From Halomicrobium mukohataei DSM 12286 (GTDB lineage: Archaea; Halobacteriota; Halobacteria; Halobacteriales; Haloarculaceae): DNA of 32,000 nucleotides. The notes beneath the pieces are model-generated. The model worked only from the letters and a program-made list of their open reading frames with translations, searched no databases and was not told where the DNA came from. The stretch is taken from the NCBI RefSeq assembly GCF_000023965.1, contig NC_013202.1, forward strand, positions 270,001 to 302,000, written 5' to 3'. This document shows, piece by piece, positions 23,401 through 31,948 of this stretch. How positions within the stretch are numbered: the first letter of the stretch is position 1; each line of letters begins with the position of its first letter. The position numbers and the translations under genes are program-made.

Positions 23401-25290
23401 ATGGATATTGTACCGGACACGAGCGTGGTCATCGACGGCCGCGTGTCCGAGCGGATCGAAGCCGACGCGGATCCCGACTCCGAGGTCGAGGGGACGGGCT
23501 TTGCGGGCGCGACCGTCGTCGTCCCCGAAGCGGTCGTGGGCGAACTCGAAGCACAGGCCAACGACGGCCGAGAGACCGGCTGGGAGGGGCTCGAAGAGCT
23601 CCAGCGCCTCGTCTCGCTGGACGAAGACGGCACCATCGACGTGGAGTACGTCGGCCGTCGGCCCGACGCCGTCGAGAAGCGCGAGGCCGGCGAGGGCGAG
23701 ATCGACGCGCTCATCCGGGACGTGGCACAGGACCGCGGGGCGACGCTGGTGACGAGCGACGACGTGCAGGCCGAGGTCGCCAGCGCGAAGGGCATCCCAG
23801 TGGAGTTTCTCGACCCGATCGAGCGGACGATCGATCGCCTGACCATCGAGAACTTCTTCGACGAGGCCACGATGAGCGTCCACCTCAAGGTCGGCGTCGC
23901 GCCCTTCGCCAAGCGCGGGTCGATCGGCGACATGGCCTACCAGCCGATCCGAGACGACCCCGCGACCGAGTCCGAACTGCGCGGGTACGCCGCCGACATC
24001 GAGGAGGCGGCCCACGCCAGTCCCGAGGGGTTCGTCGAGCTGTCCGAGCCGGGCATGACGATCATCCAGTACCGGGACTTCCGGATCGCCATCGCGCGCC
24101 CGCCCTTCTCGGACGCCCTGGAGATCACGGCCGTCAGACCGATCGTCAAGACGGAACTGGACGACTACGAGCACGCCGACGAGCTGCGCGACCGGCTCAC
24201 CGACCACCAGCGGGGCGTCCTCATCTCGGGCTCGCCCGGTGCCGGGAAGTCGACCTTCGCCCAGGCCGTCGGGGAGTTCCTCGTCGACGCCGACTACGCC
24301 GTCAAGACGATGGAAAAGCCCCGCGACCTCCAGGTCGGCGACGAGATCACCCAGTACACCGAGCTGGGCGGTTCGATGGAGAAGACCGCCGACTCGCTGT
24401 TGATGGTCCGGCCGGACTACACCATCTACGACGAGGTCCGCAAGACCGACGACTTCGAGGTCTTTGCCGACATGCGACTGGCCGGCGTCGGGATGATCGG
24501 CGTCGTCCACGCGACGCGGGCCATCGACGCCCTGCAACGGCTGATCGGCCGTGTCGAACTCGGGCTGATCCCGCAGATCGTCGACACCGTCATCTACATC
24601 GAGGCCGGCGAGGTCCACACCGTCTACGACGTGACGACGGAGGTCAAGGTCCCCGACGGCCTGATGGAGGAGGATCTGGCTCGCCCGGTCATCCTCATCC
24701 GGGACTTCGAGACCGGCGAACCCAAGTACGAGATCTACACGTTCAACCGCCAGGTCGTCACGGTGCCACTGGACGACGAGGACGGCGGTGGCCCCGGCTC
24801 CGACTCGGGCGTCGACCGCATCGCGAAACAGGAGATCGAACGGGAGATCCGCTCGATCGCACACGGCCACGTCGAAGTGGAGCTGAAGAGCCCCGACACC
24901 GCCGTCGTCTGGGTCGAAGAGAGCGACATCTCGCAGGTCATCGGCAAGGGCGGCGGGCGCATCACGGACGTGGAGAACCGCCTGGGAATCGACATCGACG
25001 TGCGCACGCTGGCCGAGAAGCCGAGCGGCTCCTCGGCGTCGAGCACTGCCGGCGGCGGCGCGAACGCGCCGGGCCAGATCGTCACCCCGGAGATCACCTC
25101 CCGACACGTCCAAATCCCGATGGACGGTCATCAGGGCGACACCGTGGAAGTGCAGGCCGACGGCGAGTACCTCTTTACCGCGACGGTCTCGCGGGGCGGC
25201 GAGATCCAGGTCTCGCGTGGCTCTGCCATCGCCGAGGAGCTAGAGCAGGCCATCGACCGCGGCAAGACGATCACCGTCGTTCCCTCCTAG
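23401..25290 (+). CDS. PIN-domain / PilT-like AAA ATPase / KH-domain protein (PINA-type)
   Basis: 629 aa. N-terminal PIN-like DTSVVIDGR...LVTSDD, Walker A ISGSPGAGKST, and KH motif VIGKGGGRITDVENRLG, followed by a small C-terminal beta domain. Confidence 0.8.
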   Translation: MDIVPDTSVVIDGRVSERIEADADPDSEVEGTGFAGATVVVPEAVVGELEAQANDGRETGWEGLEELQRLVSLDEDGTIDVEYVGRRPDAVEKREAGEGEIDALIRDVAQDRGATLVTSDDVQAEVASAKGIPVEFLDPIERTIDRLTIENFFDEATMSVHLKVGVAPFAKRGSIGDMAYQPIRDDPATESELRGYAADIEEAAHASPEGFVELSEPGMTIIQYRDFRIAIARPPFSDALEITAVRPIVKTELDDYEHADELRDRLTDHQRGVLISGSPGAGKSTFAQAVGEFLVDADYAVKTMEKPRDLQVGDEITQYTELGGSMEKTADSLLMVRPDYTIYDEVRKTDDFEVFADMRLAGVGMIGVVHATRAIDALQRLIGRVELGLIPQIVDTVIYIEAGEVHTVYDVTTEVKVPDGLMEEDLARPVILIRDFETGEPKYEIYTFNRQVVTVPLDDEDGGGPGSDSGVDRIAKQEIEREIRSIAHGHVEVELKSPDTAVVWVEESDISQVIGKGGGRITDVENRLGIDIDVRTLAEKPSGSSASSTAGGGANAPGQIVTPEITSRHVQIPMDGHQGDTVEVQADGEYLFTATVSRGGEIQVSRGSAIAEELEQAIDRGKTITVVPS

Positions 25291-25311
25291 ACGGACGGAG
25301 ACGGGACAGAG

Positions 25312-26022
25312 ATGACGTTCGGGATCGAAACCGCGTACGTCGGCTGTGGACGTGCCGGGCGTGCGCTGGTCCGCGACGGGCTCGAAGAGCGGACGGGCGA
25401 GGCGGCGACGCCGGACCGGGGACCGGACCCCCGGCTGCTCACCATCGATAGCGGTGCGGACGAACCGGCGGCGGTGCTCGCGGCGTTCGATGTCGTCGTC
25501 GTGACCGGAGCTGTCGACAGTCCCGACGCACGGCGACAGATCGCCGAAGTCGGACGGGCGTGTCCGGACGACGCGACCTGTGTCGGTGTCGTCACCGGGA
25601 CGACGGACCGGGGGATCGAGCGGCTCGGCCGAGCGTGTGACACCGTCGTCCCCGTCGAGACCGACGCGCTCGCACGGGAGTTCGCGACCGACCTGCTGAC
25701 GTGGGCGAGCGAGCCGATGCTGCTGCGAACGGATTCGTCGCAGGTGTACGACGACCTCGACGGCGCTGGGGTCGCCGCCGTCGACCGTGTGACCGGCGAT
25801 CGAACGGCACTGCCGGCGCTCGTCGAGCGGGCCAGCGTCGACGAGACCGCGGACGGCCAGCGGCTCTGCTTTGGCTACCTCGCCTTCGGCGTCGACTTTA
25901 CCCTGGCCGACGACGAGCGGTTCCGGAGGCTCTGTGACCGGCCCGAGGTGGTCACCGGGCGGGCCAGCCTGGCCGAGCCCGACGCGTGTCGGCTGACGGC
26001 GGTCCGGCGGGTCCCGGAGTGA
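25312..26022 (+). CDS. hypothetical protein with degenerate FtsZ/tubulin-like colinearity
   Basis: 236 aa, GC3-rich, 21 nt downstream of the PIN-ATPase-KH gene. Blocks YVGCGRAGRALV, LLTIDSGAD, FDVVVVTGAVDSPDARRQIAEV, CVGVVTGTTDRG and IERLGRACDTVVPVETDAL align by eye with FtsZ H1/T1, NTD, T4, S5 and S6, but the GTP-binding signatures are lost. Confidence 0.6.
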   Translation: MTFGIETAYVGCGRAGRALVRDGLEERTGEAATPDRGPDPRLLTIDSGADEPAAVLAAFDVVVVTGAVDSPDARRQIAEVGRACPDDATCVGVVTGTTDRGIERLGRACDTVVPVETDALAREFATDLLTWASEPMLLRTDSSQVYDDLDGAGVAAVDRVTGDRTALPALVERASVDETADGQRLCFGYLAFGVDFTLADDERFRRLCDRPEVVTGRASLAEPDACRLTAVRRVPE

Positions 26023-26062
26023 CGGTCCCGGCGAGTGTGACAGTGACAATCGAAGCGACTCA

Positions 26063-26141
26063 TACGGATTATTGTAGCGATTTACCGGTGATCGTCTACT
26101 CCGTGGCGAAGATCACCGGTAAGCAACTACAATAAACCGTA
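26063..26141 (-). mobile_element. MITE-like palindromic element, family 2 (79 bp), copy B (inverted)
   Basis: Its reverse complement matches copy A at about 66/79 positions, including ATTGTAGTTGCTTACCGGTGA and CGCCACGG.GTAGACG. 12-bp perfect inner stem TTACCGGTGATC/GATCACCGGTAA. Flanked by direct TCA (26060-26062) and TCA (26142-26144). Confidence 0.65.
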
Positions 26142-26205
26142 TCACACACCGATCGCACGGCCGTCGTTGGATCGAGCGTGCGTCGACTTGCAGTGGCTCC
26201 GACGA

Positions 26206-26874
26206 CTACTGGAATCGGACGCCGAGATCGTGGAGGCCGTCGTTGTGTCGGGCAACGTTGATCAGCAGCGGCGTCAGTCCCTCGATCTCCGCGGCGTTGG
26301 CCAGCGGGCCGCCGTCGAGCGCGCGCAGTCCCTCGATCGACTCGGCCAACTCGATCACGGTGTCCTTGGCGTCGGTCTCGTCGCCGACGACGACGGTGTC
26401 CCAGTCGAGGTCGGCGTCGAGGTCGGCGAGCCGGCCGGCCGCGAGGTTGTGGAACGCGCCGACGACGGGGACGTCGTCGGGGGCAGCGTTGGCCGCCAGC
26501 TGCGTGACGCTGCCGACGCCGGGCCGGTTGTAGTGAAAGCCGTCCTCGTCGCGTTTCATACCGACCGCGGGAGAGACGAGCACGTCGTCAGGCGAGAGTT
26601 CGTCGGCGATGGACTCGACGGTGTCGGTGAGGTGGTAGGCGGGGACGGCGGTGACGATCACGTCCGCGCGCCGGGCGGCCTCGACGTTGCCCAGCCCCTC
26701 GACGCTCGCGTCACGGCCGCGGTCGTCGAGTGCCGTCGCGTACTCCGTCGCTTTCGCTGCTGCGCGCTCCGGATCGCGCGAGCCGACGAGCACGTCGTGG
26801 GCGGAGTCCGCGGCCCACCGCAGTGCCAGTCCCTCGCCGATGTCGCCGGTGCCGCCGAGTAGGGCGATTTCCAT
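26206..26874 (-). CDS. npdG: NADPH-dependent F420 reductase
   Basis: 222 aa from ATG 26874 (track ORF start 26913). MEIALLGGTGDIGEGLALR Rossmann motif. Overall colinearity with Fno/NpdG (VGSRDPERA, ADVIVTAVP, PLLINVAR). Confidence 0.75.
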   Translation of the reverse strand: MEIALLGGTGDIGEGLALRWAADSAHDVLVGSRDPERAAAKATEYATALDDRGRDASVEGLGNVEAARRADVIVTAVPAYHLTDTVESIADELSPDDVLVSPAVGMKRDEDGFHYNRPGVGSVTQLAANAAPDDVPVVGAFHNLAAGRLADLDADLDWDTVVVGDETDAKDTVIELAESIEGLRALDGGPLANAAEIEGLTPLLINVARHNDGLHDLGVRFQ

Positions 26875-27018
26875 ACCGAAAGGGTGGAGCGAACACCGAA
26901 TAAGTGTTGTCACACTCCCGCTACTTGCCGATGTCTGGCACTCGTGTGTCGGCTGAAAAGCCGTGGAGAGGGTCGCCTGCCCGGAGTGGCCGGTCGCGAC
27001 GCAGACCAGCCGGGAGTG

Positions 27019-27222
27019 TCAGTCGTCGCCCAGCAGCGGCGGTCCCGGCTCGCCCCGGAGCACGATCAGGTACGCGAGGACGAGCGACAGCACGACCCAC
27101 TGGACGCCGACGAACAGCTGCGAGGCGGGGTCTGGGGGGACGACGAGGACACCGAGTACGAGCCCGAACACGGCGAGGGTCACGGTGAGGCCGACGAACC
27201 ACAGCAGATCCGTTCGATCCAT
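27019..27222 (-). CDS. small membrane protein (2 TM), function unknown
   Basis: 67 aa from ATG 27222. GC3-rich. Helices LLWFVGLTVTLAVFGLVLGVLVV and VQWVVLSLVLAYLIVL. Confidence 0.5.
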   Translation of the reverse strand: MDRTDLLWFVGLTVTLAVFGLVLGVLVVPPDPASQLFVGVQWVVLSLVLAYLIVLRGEPGPPLLGDD

Positions 27223-27260
27223 ACCGTTCGATCGGTCCCGAACCGGCAAAAAGAGCGACC

Positions 27261-28142
27261 CTAACGGTCCGTCGACCGCGGCGAGAGCAGCTCCGGGAGG
27301 TCGTCGACGCTCTCGACGACGGCGGCCGCGCCGGCACGGGTGAACTTCTGTCGTCCCGTCTCGCCCGTGAGTCCCCCGGTGAGGACGCCGATACCGTCGT
27401 ACACTCGGCCGTCGGACTCGTTAGCGTTGACGGCCGTTCGCACGTCGTCGAGCGTGTCCCCGGCGAAGGCGATCCGGTCGGCGTCGAACCGCTCGGCCAG
27501 CGTCACCAGCGCGTGGGGATCGGGCTTGCCGGCCTCCCAGTCGTCCATGGTGAAGCGGTGCTCGTCGGCCACGTCGAGACCGGCCCGTTCCAGCGCGATG
27601 TCGGCCTCTGGAGCGGGACGGCCGGTGACGACGCCCACGTCGTAGTCGGCCTGCAGGGCCGCGATCGTCTCCGGATCGACGATGACCGGCTCGTCGTTGA
27701 CGAACCCCGGTTCGGCGATGCGGGGCTCGCGGCCCTCGATCTCGCGGTACAGCTCCGCGCCCAGATAGAGCATCTGGAACACGTCCCGGAGCTGGTCGGG
27801 GTCCCAGGCGTCGAAGACGTCCTCGCGGGCGTTCGGCGTCAGCGCCTCCCGGACGATCGCCTCGGCGGCGTCCCGGCCACCGCCCCGCTGGGCGATCCCG
27901 TCGGTGAACGCCTCGACCGTCTGGTCGAGTCCCTCGCGGCTCGCGAGCACGTACAGCGCCCCGGCGTGAGTCAGCTCCCAGTCGTTGTTGAACCCGCCAG
28001 CGTCCTTGAACGACTGGATCGCCGACCGGTCGATCGTCTCGCCGTACAGCCGCTCGATTGACTCGACGATGGCCCGTCGGTAGGAATCGGCCACGTCGAC
28101 GAGCACGCCGTCGATGTCCAGGACGACCGCATCCACGTGCAT
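27261..28142 (-). CDS. HAD superfamily hydrolase
   Basis: 293 aa. Motif [12 protein letters not shown], a large cap insertion, and a later GDTLDD motif. Confidence 0.75.
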   Translation of the reverse strand: MHVDAVVLDIDGVLVDVADSYRRAIVESIERLYGETIDRSAIQSFKDAGGFNNDWELTHAGALYVLASREGLDQTVEAFTDGIAQRGGGRDAAEAIVREALTPNAREDVFDAWDPDQLRDVFQMLYLGAELYREIEGREPRIAEPGFVNDEPVIVDPETIAALQADYDVGVVTGRPAPEADIALERAGLDVADEHRFTMDDWEAGKPDPHALVTLAERFDADRIAFAGDTLDDVRTAVNANESDGRVYDGIGVLTGGLTGETGRQKFTRAGAAAVVESVDDLPELLSPRSTDR

Positions 28143-28170
28143 ACCACCCGGAACGTGGTGGGCGACTATT

Positions 28171-28578
28171 TCACTTGCCTTTCGGCCCGTCCTGGCGGAC
28201 GCGGTACAGCGTCTCGCCGCCGGGCAGTTGCTCGCGGTCGACCGCGACGGCGGGCTGGTCGCCGCCCAGCGTCGTGAAATAACAGACTGCGCCGTGCTCG
28301 CGGGCGAGGGCGCGCAGCGGACGGTGCAGTTCGGGCGGGCAGTTCAGCGCGTAGACGGCCTCGGCGTCGGCGTAGACGCTCGGGTCCGGATCGGTCACGT
28401 CGTCCAGGACGAAGGCGAGCGCCCGCGGCACGTCCCGCCGAACCACGTCCGTGACGGTCACGTCGACGCCCCGCCGAGCGAGTCGTCGTGCCACGTCCGG
28501 CCGTCGGCCGACGCCGACCTCGACGACGCACTCGAAGTCGGCCAATCGATCGACGAGAGGGCTGCGTGGGTCGTTCAC
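28171..28578 (-). CDS. UPF0146 family protein (small Rossmann/methyltransferase-like)
   Basis: 135 aa, GTG start. [28 protein letters not shown] and ALNCPPEL blocks as in archaeal UPF0146 proteins. Confidence 0.65.
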   Translation of the reverse strand: MNDPRSPLVDRLADFECVVEVGVGRRPDVARRLARRGVDVTVTDVVRRDVPRALAFVLDDVTDPDPSVYADAEAVYALNCPPELHRPLRALAREHGAVCYFTTLGGDQPAVAVDREQLPGGETLYRVRQDGPKGK

Positions 28579-28617
28579 GGCGGGATGTTTATGTCACATC
28601 GGCACATATGGCTTCGC

Positions 28618-29139
28618 ATGCACGTTGACGTCGTGCCGGTGGGAGACGTCTCGGCACGGGTCAAGCGCGAGGCCTCCAAGGGACTGCGGACCGTCTACGA
28701 CTGCGAGGTCTCGATGCACGAACCCCAGCCGATCCCCACCGGTGCGTACGACGCCGACCGGGACCAGTACCGGGCCGAGGAGTTCATCGATCTCGCCCAG
28801 CGAATCGGGAGCGGCGAGAAGAACATCGCGGTCACGCCACAGGACCTGTACTACCGGCGGCGCAACTACGTCTTCGGTCTGGCCTACCTCAGCGGCAGCG
28901 GGAGCGTCATCTCGACACACCGGCTCCAGACCTCCTCTGACGGGGGCTTCTCGAATCGGTCCGCGAGCGACATCTTCGGCGACCGGGTCCGGAAGGAGGT
29001 CGTCCACGAGATCGGCCACACGCTGGGCCTGGAACACTGTGACAACGAACGCTGCGTGATGAAGTTCTCCCCCACGGTCCGCGAGGTCGACGTCAAAGAG
29101 CAGTCGCTGTGTGGCTCCTGTGCGACACAGGTGACGTAG
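28618..29139 (+). CDS. amzA: archaemetzincin (peptidase M54)
   Basis: 173 aa from ATG 28618 within track ORF 28114..29139. HEIGHTLGLEHC zinc motif followed by CxxC-type cysteines (CVMKF...CGSC). Confidence 0.88.
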   Translation: MHVDVVPVGDVSARVKREASKGLRTVYDCEVSMHEPQPIPTGAYDADRDQYRAEEFIDLAQRIGSGEKNIAVTPQDLYYRRRNYVFGLAYLSGSGSVISTHRLQTSSDGGFSNRSASDIFGDRVRKEVVHEIGHTLGLEHCDNERCVMKFSPTVREVDVKEQSLCGSCATQVT

Positions 29140-29266
29140 TCGCTCTCTGCGGTGCGTTCTCGTCGCTGACCCTCGTCTACGAGCGGCCGCTGAAACGACG
29201 AGGGACGACGTTGCCAACTCAGTTAGGTATCGTCGTTATTGTGTATGTTAACTTATGGCACGATGC

Positions 29267-29479
29267 ATGAGCAAAACACAGGAGTCCGCCCGCATCGACG
29301 AACTCGGAGAGATCTTCGTGTCGGTCACCGGTGACGACGCCGTGACCGAATCACAGGACCGGGCGGCCAAGCGCAGCGACCGCGAACTCCCGGACGACGG
29401 CGGCGGCGTCGACATCGAGGACGGGCTCGACGACGCCGTCGACGGAGCAGAGGTCGGAGAGCCCGATCCCGTGTCGTAG
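29267..29479 (+). CDS. small acidic protein, function unknown
   Basis: 70 aa from ATG 29267 (alternative ATG at 29255). Strongly GC3-biased and Asp/Glu-rich. An AT-rich TATA-like stretch lies just upstream (29236-29252). Confidence 0.5.
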   Translation: MSKTQESARIDELGEIFVSVTGDDAVTESQDRAAKRSDRELPDDGGGVDIEDGLDDAVDGAEVGEPDPVS

Positions 29480-29509
29480 TGACCGCTCTCCGGACCCGTT
29501 CGCTAACGA

Positions 29510-29538
29510 GGTGATCGCTCCCGCTGGTCGCGATCACC
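29510..29538 (+). terminator. hairpin downstream of the small acidic protein gene
   Basis: Perfect 9-bp stem GGTGATCGC / GCGATCACC with an 11-nt loop. Confidence 0.3.
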
Positions 29539-29576
29539 CTACCTCGCGTGTCGCTACGCTCCCCGTTCGGTTGTTC

Positions 29577-29605
29577 GGAGATCCCTCACTGCGTTCGGGA
29601 TCTCC
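29577..29605 (-). terminator. hairpin abutting the ABCE1 stop codon
   Basis: Perfect 9-bp stem GGAGATCCC / GGGATCTCC with an 11-nt loop. Its last base is the first plus-strand base of the stop codon (29605-29607). Confidence 0.35.
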
Positions 29606-31434
29606 TACGGCGCGTAGTAGTACTCGCCGTCGCGTTTCTGCTGGCGGTCCAGCTGCGATCCCGGTTTGTTGATCCGGGGCCGGGAGGTCCGCTCGTCGCG
29701 CCGGAAGGTCACGTCGAGGTTCGAGAGGAACTGGTTCATCCCCTCGCGCATCTCGACGGGCGGGCTGGCGTGGCCCTGCTTTGCCGGCTCGCCGTCGAAG
29801 ACCAGCAGTCGATCCGAGAGGAGATCGATCATGTAGATGTCGTGGTCGATGACCATCGCCGTCGCGTCGTGGTTCTCCGCGTACCGTCGGATGGCGCTCG
29901 TCGCCATCACGCGCTGTTCCACGTCGAGGTGGGCCGAGGGCTCGTCCAGCAGGTAGAGGTCGGCGTCCTCCGAGAGACACGCCGCGATGGCGACCCGCTG
30001 GCGCTCCCCGCCAGAGAGATCGGTGAGCTGCTGTTCCATCACCGCGTCGAGCTGGAGGGGCTGGGCGATCTCGGTGTTCCAGTACGACGAGCCGAAGTCG
30101 TCCGTGATCGAGGAGAGGAAGGCGTCGACCCGCATCGGCTGGTCGATCTCGATGTACTGGGGCTTGTACGCGATGTCGAGGTCGGCGTCGACGGTTCCCG
30201 CGTCGGGTTCGAGCCGCCCGGCCAGCAGCTTCGCGAACGTCGACTTCCCGATCCCGTTCGGGCCGACGACGCCCAGCACCTCGCTCTCGCGGATCTGGCC
30301 GGCCTCGACGTCCAGCGAGAACTCGCCGTCGCCGTAGGACTTCGTGAGGTCGGGGTACTCGGCGACCACGTCGCCCGTCGAGACCGAGCGCGGGGCGTGT
30401 TCCTCGAACTCGATCTCCTGCTGGCGAAACCGCATGTTCTCGTTGTCGAGATAGCCAGAGAGGTACTCGTTGATGCCGTTTTTCGTCGACTTCGGGCTGG
30501 TGATGATACCGTACGCGCCGGGCTCACCGTAGGCGACGTGGAGCGCGTCGGCCAGCAGGTCCAGGATCGCCAGGTCGTGCTCGACGACCAGCATCGACCG
30601 GTCCTCGTCCTCGGCCAGTTCCTGGATCAGCTGGGCGGCGGTCATCCGCTGTCCGATGTCCAGGTACGGCGTGATCTCGTCGAGGAAGTAGAAGTCCGCG
30701 TCGCGAGCGAGCGTCGCGACCAGCGCGACCCGCTGGAGCTCCCCGCCAGAGAGGTCGTCGATGTGGTTGTCGACGACCGGACCGATCCCCGTCCGCTCGA
30801 TCAGGTCGTCCAGCGCACCGCGTTCGTCCGTTCGTTCGAGCAACTCGCTGGCCGTCCCGTCGAACTGGTCGGGGATCTGGTCGACGTACTGGGGCTTGCG
30901 TGCGACGGTCATGTCGCCCTCGCGCAGGTCTTCGAGGTAGTCCTGCAGTTCGGTGCCCCGATACTCGTCGATGACGGCCTTCCAGGCCGGCTCCTCGTCG
31001 AACCGACCGAGGTTCGGCGTCATCTCGTCGGCGAGGATGTGGACGGCCGTCGTCTTCCCGATCCCGTTCGGGCCGAGGATCCCGGTGACCCGGCCCTCCT
31101 GGGGAGCTGGCAGTCCGTACAGCGCGAAGGAGTTCTCGCCGTAGCGGTGGACCGGCTCGTCGCCGAGTTCCTGTGGGAGGTTGATGATCTCGATGGCGTC
31201 GAAGGGACACTTCTCGACGCAGATCCCGCAGGACTCGCCCAGACAGATCTCCTCTGAGATCCACACCTGGTCGTCGCTGCCGGCGTAGTTGTCGTCCTCG
31301 TCGTACGCGTCGCCGCGCTTGACGATGCACTCCTTGCCCGTCCGGTTGGGCGGGCAGAAGTTCATACACTCGTAGTTACAGCGGTCGGGCTGACATCGGT
31401 CGAGGTCGACGACCGCGATACTGTCGTCGGCCAT
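29605..31434 (-). CDS. abce1: ABCE1 / RNase L inhibitor-type ribosome recycling ATPase
   Basis: 609 aa. N-terminal FeS clusters (CQPDRCNYECMNFCP and CGICVEKCP). Two ABC domains (GPNGIGKTT / LSGGELQR and GPNGIGKST / LSGGERQR). Confidence 0.95.
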   Translation of the reverse strand: MADDSIAVVDLDRCQPDRCNYECMNFCPPNRTGKECIVKRGDAYDEDDNYAGSDDQVWISEEICLGESCGICVEKCPFDAIEIINLPQELGDEPVHRYGENSFALYGLPAPQEGRVTGILGPNGIGKTTAVHILADEMTPNLGRFDEEPAWKAVIDEYRGTELQDYLEDLREGDMTVARKPQYVDQIPDQFDGTASELLERTDERGALDDLIERTGIGPVVDNHIDDLSGGELQRVALVATLARDADFYFLDEITPYLDIGQRMTAAQLIQELAEDEDRSMLVVEHDLAILDLLADALHVAYGEPGAYGIITSPKSTKNGINEYLSGYLDNENMRFRQQEIEFEEHAPRSVSTGDVVAEYPDLTKSYGDGEFSLDVEAGQIRESEVLGVVGPNGIGKSTFAKLLAGRLEPDAGTVDADLDIAYKPQYIEIDQPMRVDAFLSSITDDFGSSYWNTEIAQPLQLDAVMEQQLTDLSGGERQRVAIAACLSEDADLYLLDEPSAHLDVEQRVMATSAIRRYAENHDATAMVIDHDIYMIDLLSDRLLVFDGEPAKQGHASPPVEMREGMNQFLSNLDVTFRRDERTSRPRINKPGSQLDRQQKRDGEYYYAP

Positions 31435-31435
31435 G

Positions 31436-31735
31436 TTAGAGTGCCGCCGTTGTCAGGAGGATTCCCCACGAGACGAACCAGAGCGAGAACGTCATGAACG
31501 CGACGAACAGGTAGTCCTTCGCGGAGAAGTCGTCGATGTCGACGCCCAGTACACTCAAGATCGGGAACTGAACGACGATCGCTGCGATCAGCACGGCGAC
31601 CGCGAGTCGATCACCCGCGCCGGCCGCTATCTCGTTGGCCGCGACACCGGCGGCTAACCCAGAGAGGGCCGCCAGTGTCGTGACAGTGAGCCCGCGCAAG
31701 TGCGAACTCATGCCCTCGACCGTGTCCGTTGCCAT
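31436..31735 (-). CDS. small integral membrane protein (3 hydrophobic helices)
   Basis: 99 aa from ATG 31735. The N-terminal 60 codons of track ORF 31436..31915 are Arg-rich and look non-coding. The stop TAA ends 1 nt before the ABCE1 ATG. It may be EMC6-like, but I cannot verify that. Confidence 0.55.
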   Translation of the reverse strand: MATDTVEGMSSHLRGLTVTTLAALSGLAAGVAANEIAAGAGDRLAVAVLIAAIVVQFPILSVLGVDIDDFSAKDYLFVAFMTFSLWFVSWGILLTTAAL

Positions 31736-31948
31736 ACGCCATGGTCCGCCGTCGGGGACCAAAAGCCGCCCGGTTCGGGCACGCTCGATGGCACGGTCAC
31801 GAGTCCCAGCCACGGGTCGGCGTCGAGCGCGGTCGCGAGTCGAACCCCCACCCAGAACGCCCGCGATACGGAGCAGTACGGGCAGCACAGTTCGTTGCTC
31901 GGCGTAACTCCTCAATCTTTATGGAGCCCGCGCCACTCGTGACAGGTG

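Noticed and set aside
23344-25131. A 595-aa minus-strand ORF and the 698-aa plus-strand ORF 23355..25451 overlapping the PIN-ATPase-KH gene.
   Set aside because: Frame 23401..25290 carries clear PIN, Walker A and KH motifs and an acidic composition. The competing frames are Arg/Gly/Pro-rich repeats with no motifs.
472-26141. The idea that the gene-end hairpins are integron attC sites marking gene cassettes.
   Set aside because: No R''/R' (RYYYAAC / GTTRRRY) boxes are present and there is no cassette array or integron integrase. The hairpins follow unrelated core genes on both strands. The 3-bp direct duplications fit transposition better.
26143-26158. An exact 16-mer CACACACCGATCGCAC next to family-2 copy B. 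It is the reverse complement of 5626-5641, the 3' arm of the carboxypeptidase hairpin.
   Set aside because: A rough estimate gives a few tenths of an expected chance 16-mer match in a 32-kb window, and more with the GC bias. The flanking sequence at 26159 onward does not rebuild the same hairpin. A remnant of a related element remains possible, but it is not demonstrable here.
29548-31257. A 569-aa plus-strand ORF opposite ABCE1. Similar long antisense or off-frame ORFs occur at 746..1843, 3973..5151, 10568..11614, 13889..15016 and 20996..22671.
   Set aside because: All overlap genes with strong family signatures in another frame. They have the low-complexity R/G/D/V/P composition expected from GC3-biased antisense reading.
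31830-31855. A GAGTCGAACCCCC stretch reminiscent of a tRNA T-arm in the 210-bp gap upstream of the small membrane gene.
   Set aside because: No complementary T-stem, acceptor stem or anticodon arm can be drawn on either strand. It is not a tRNA.
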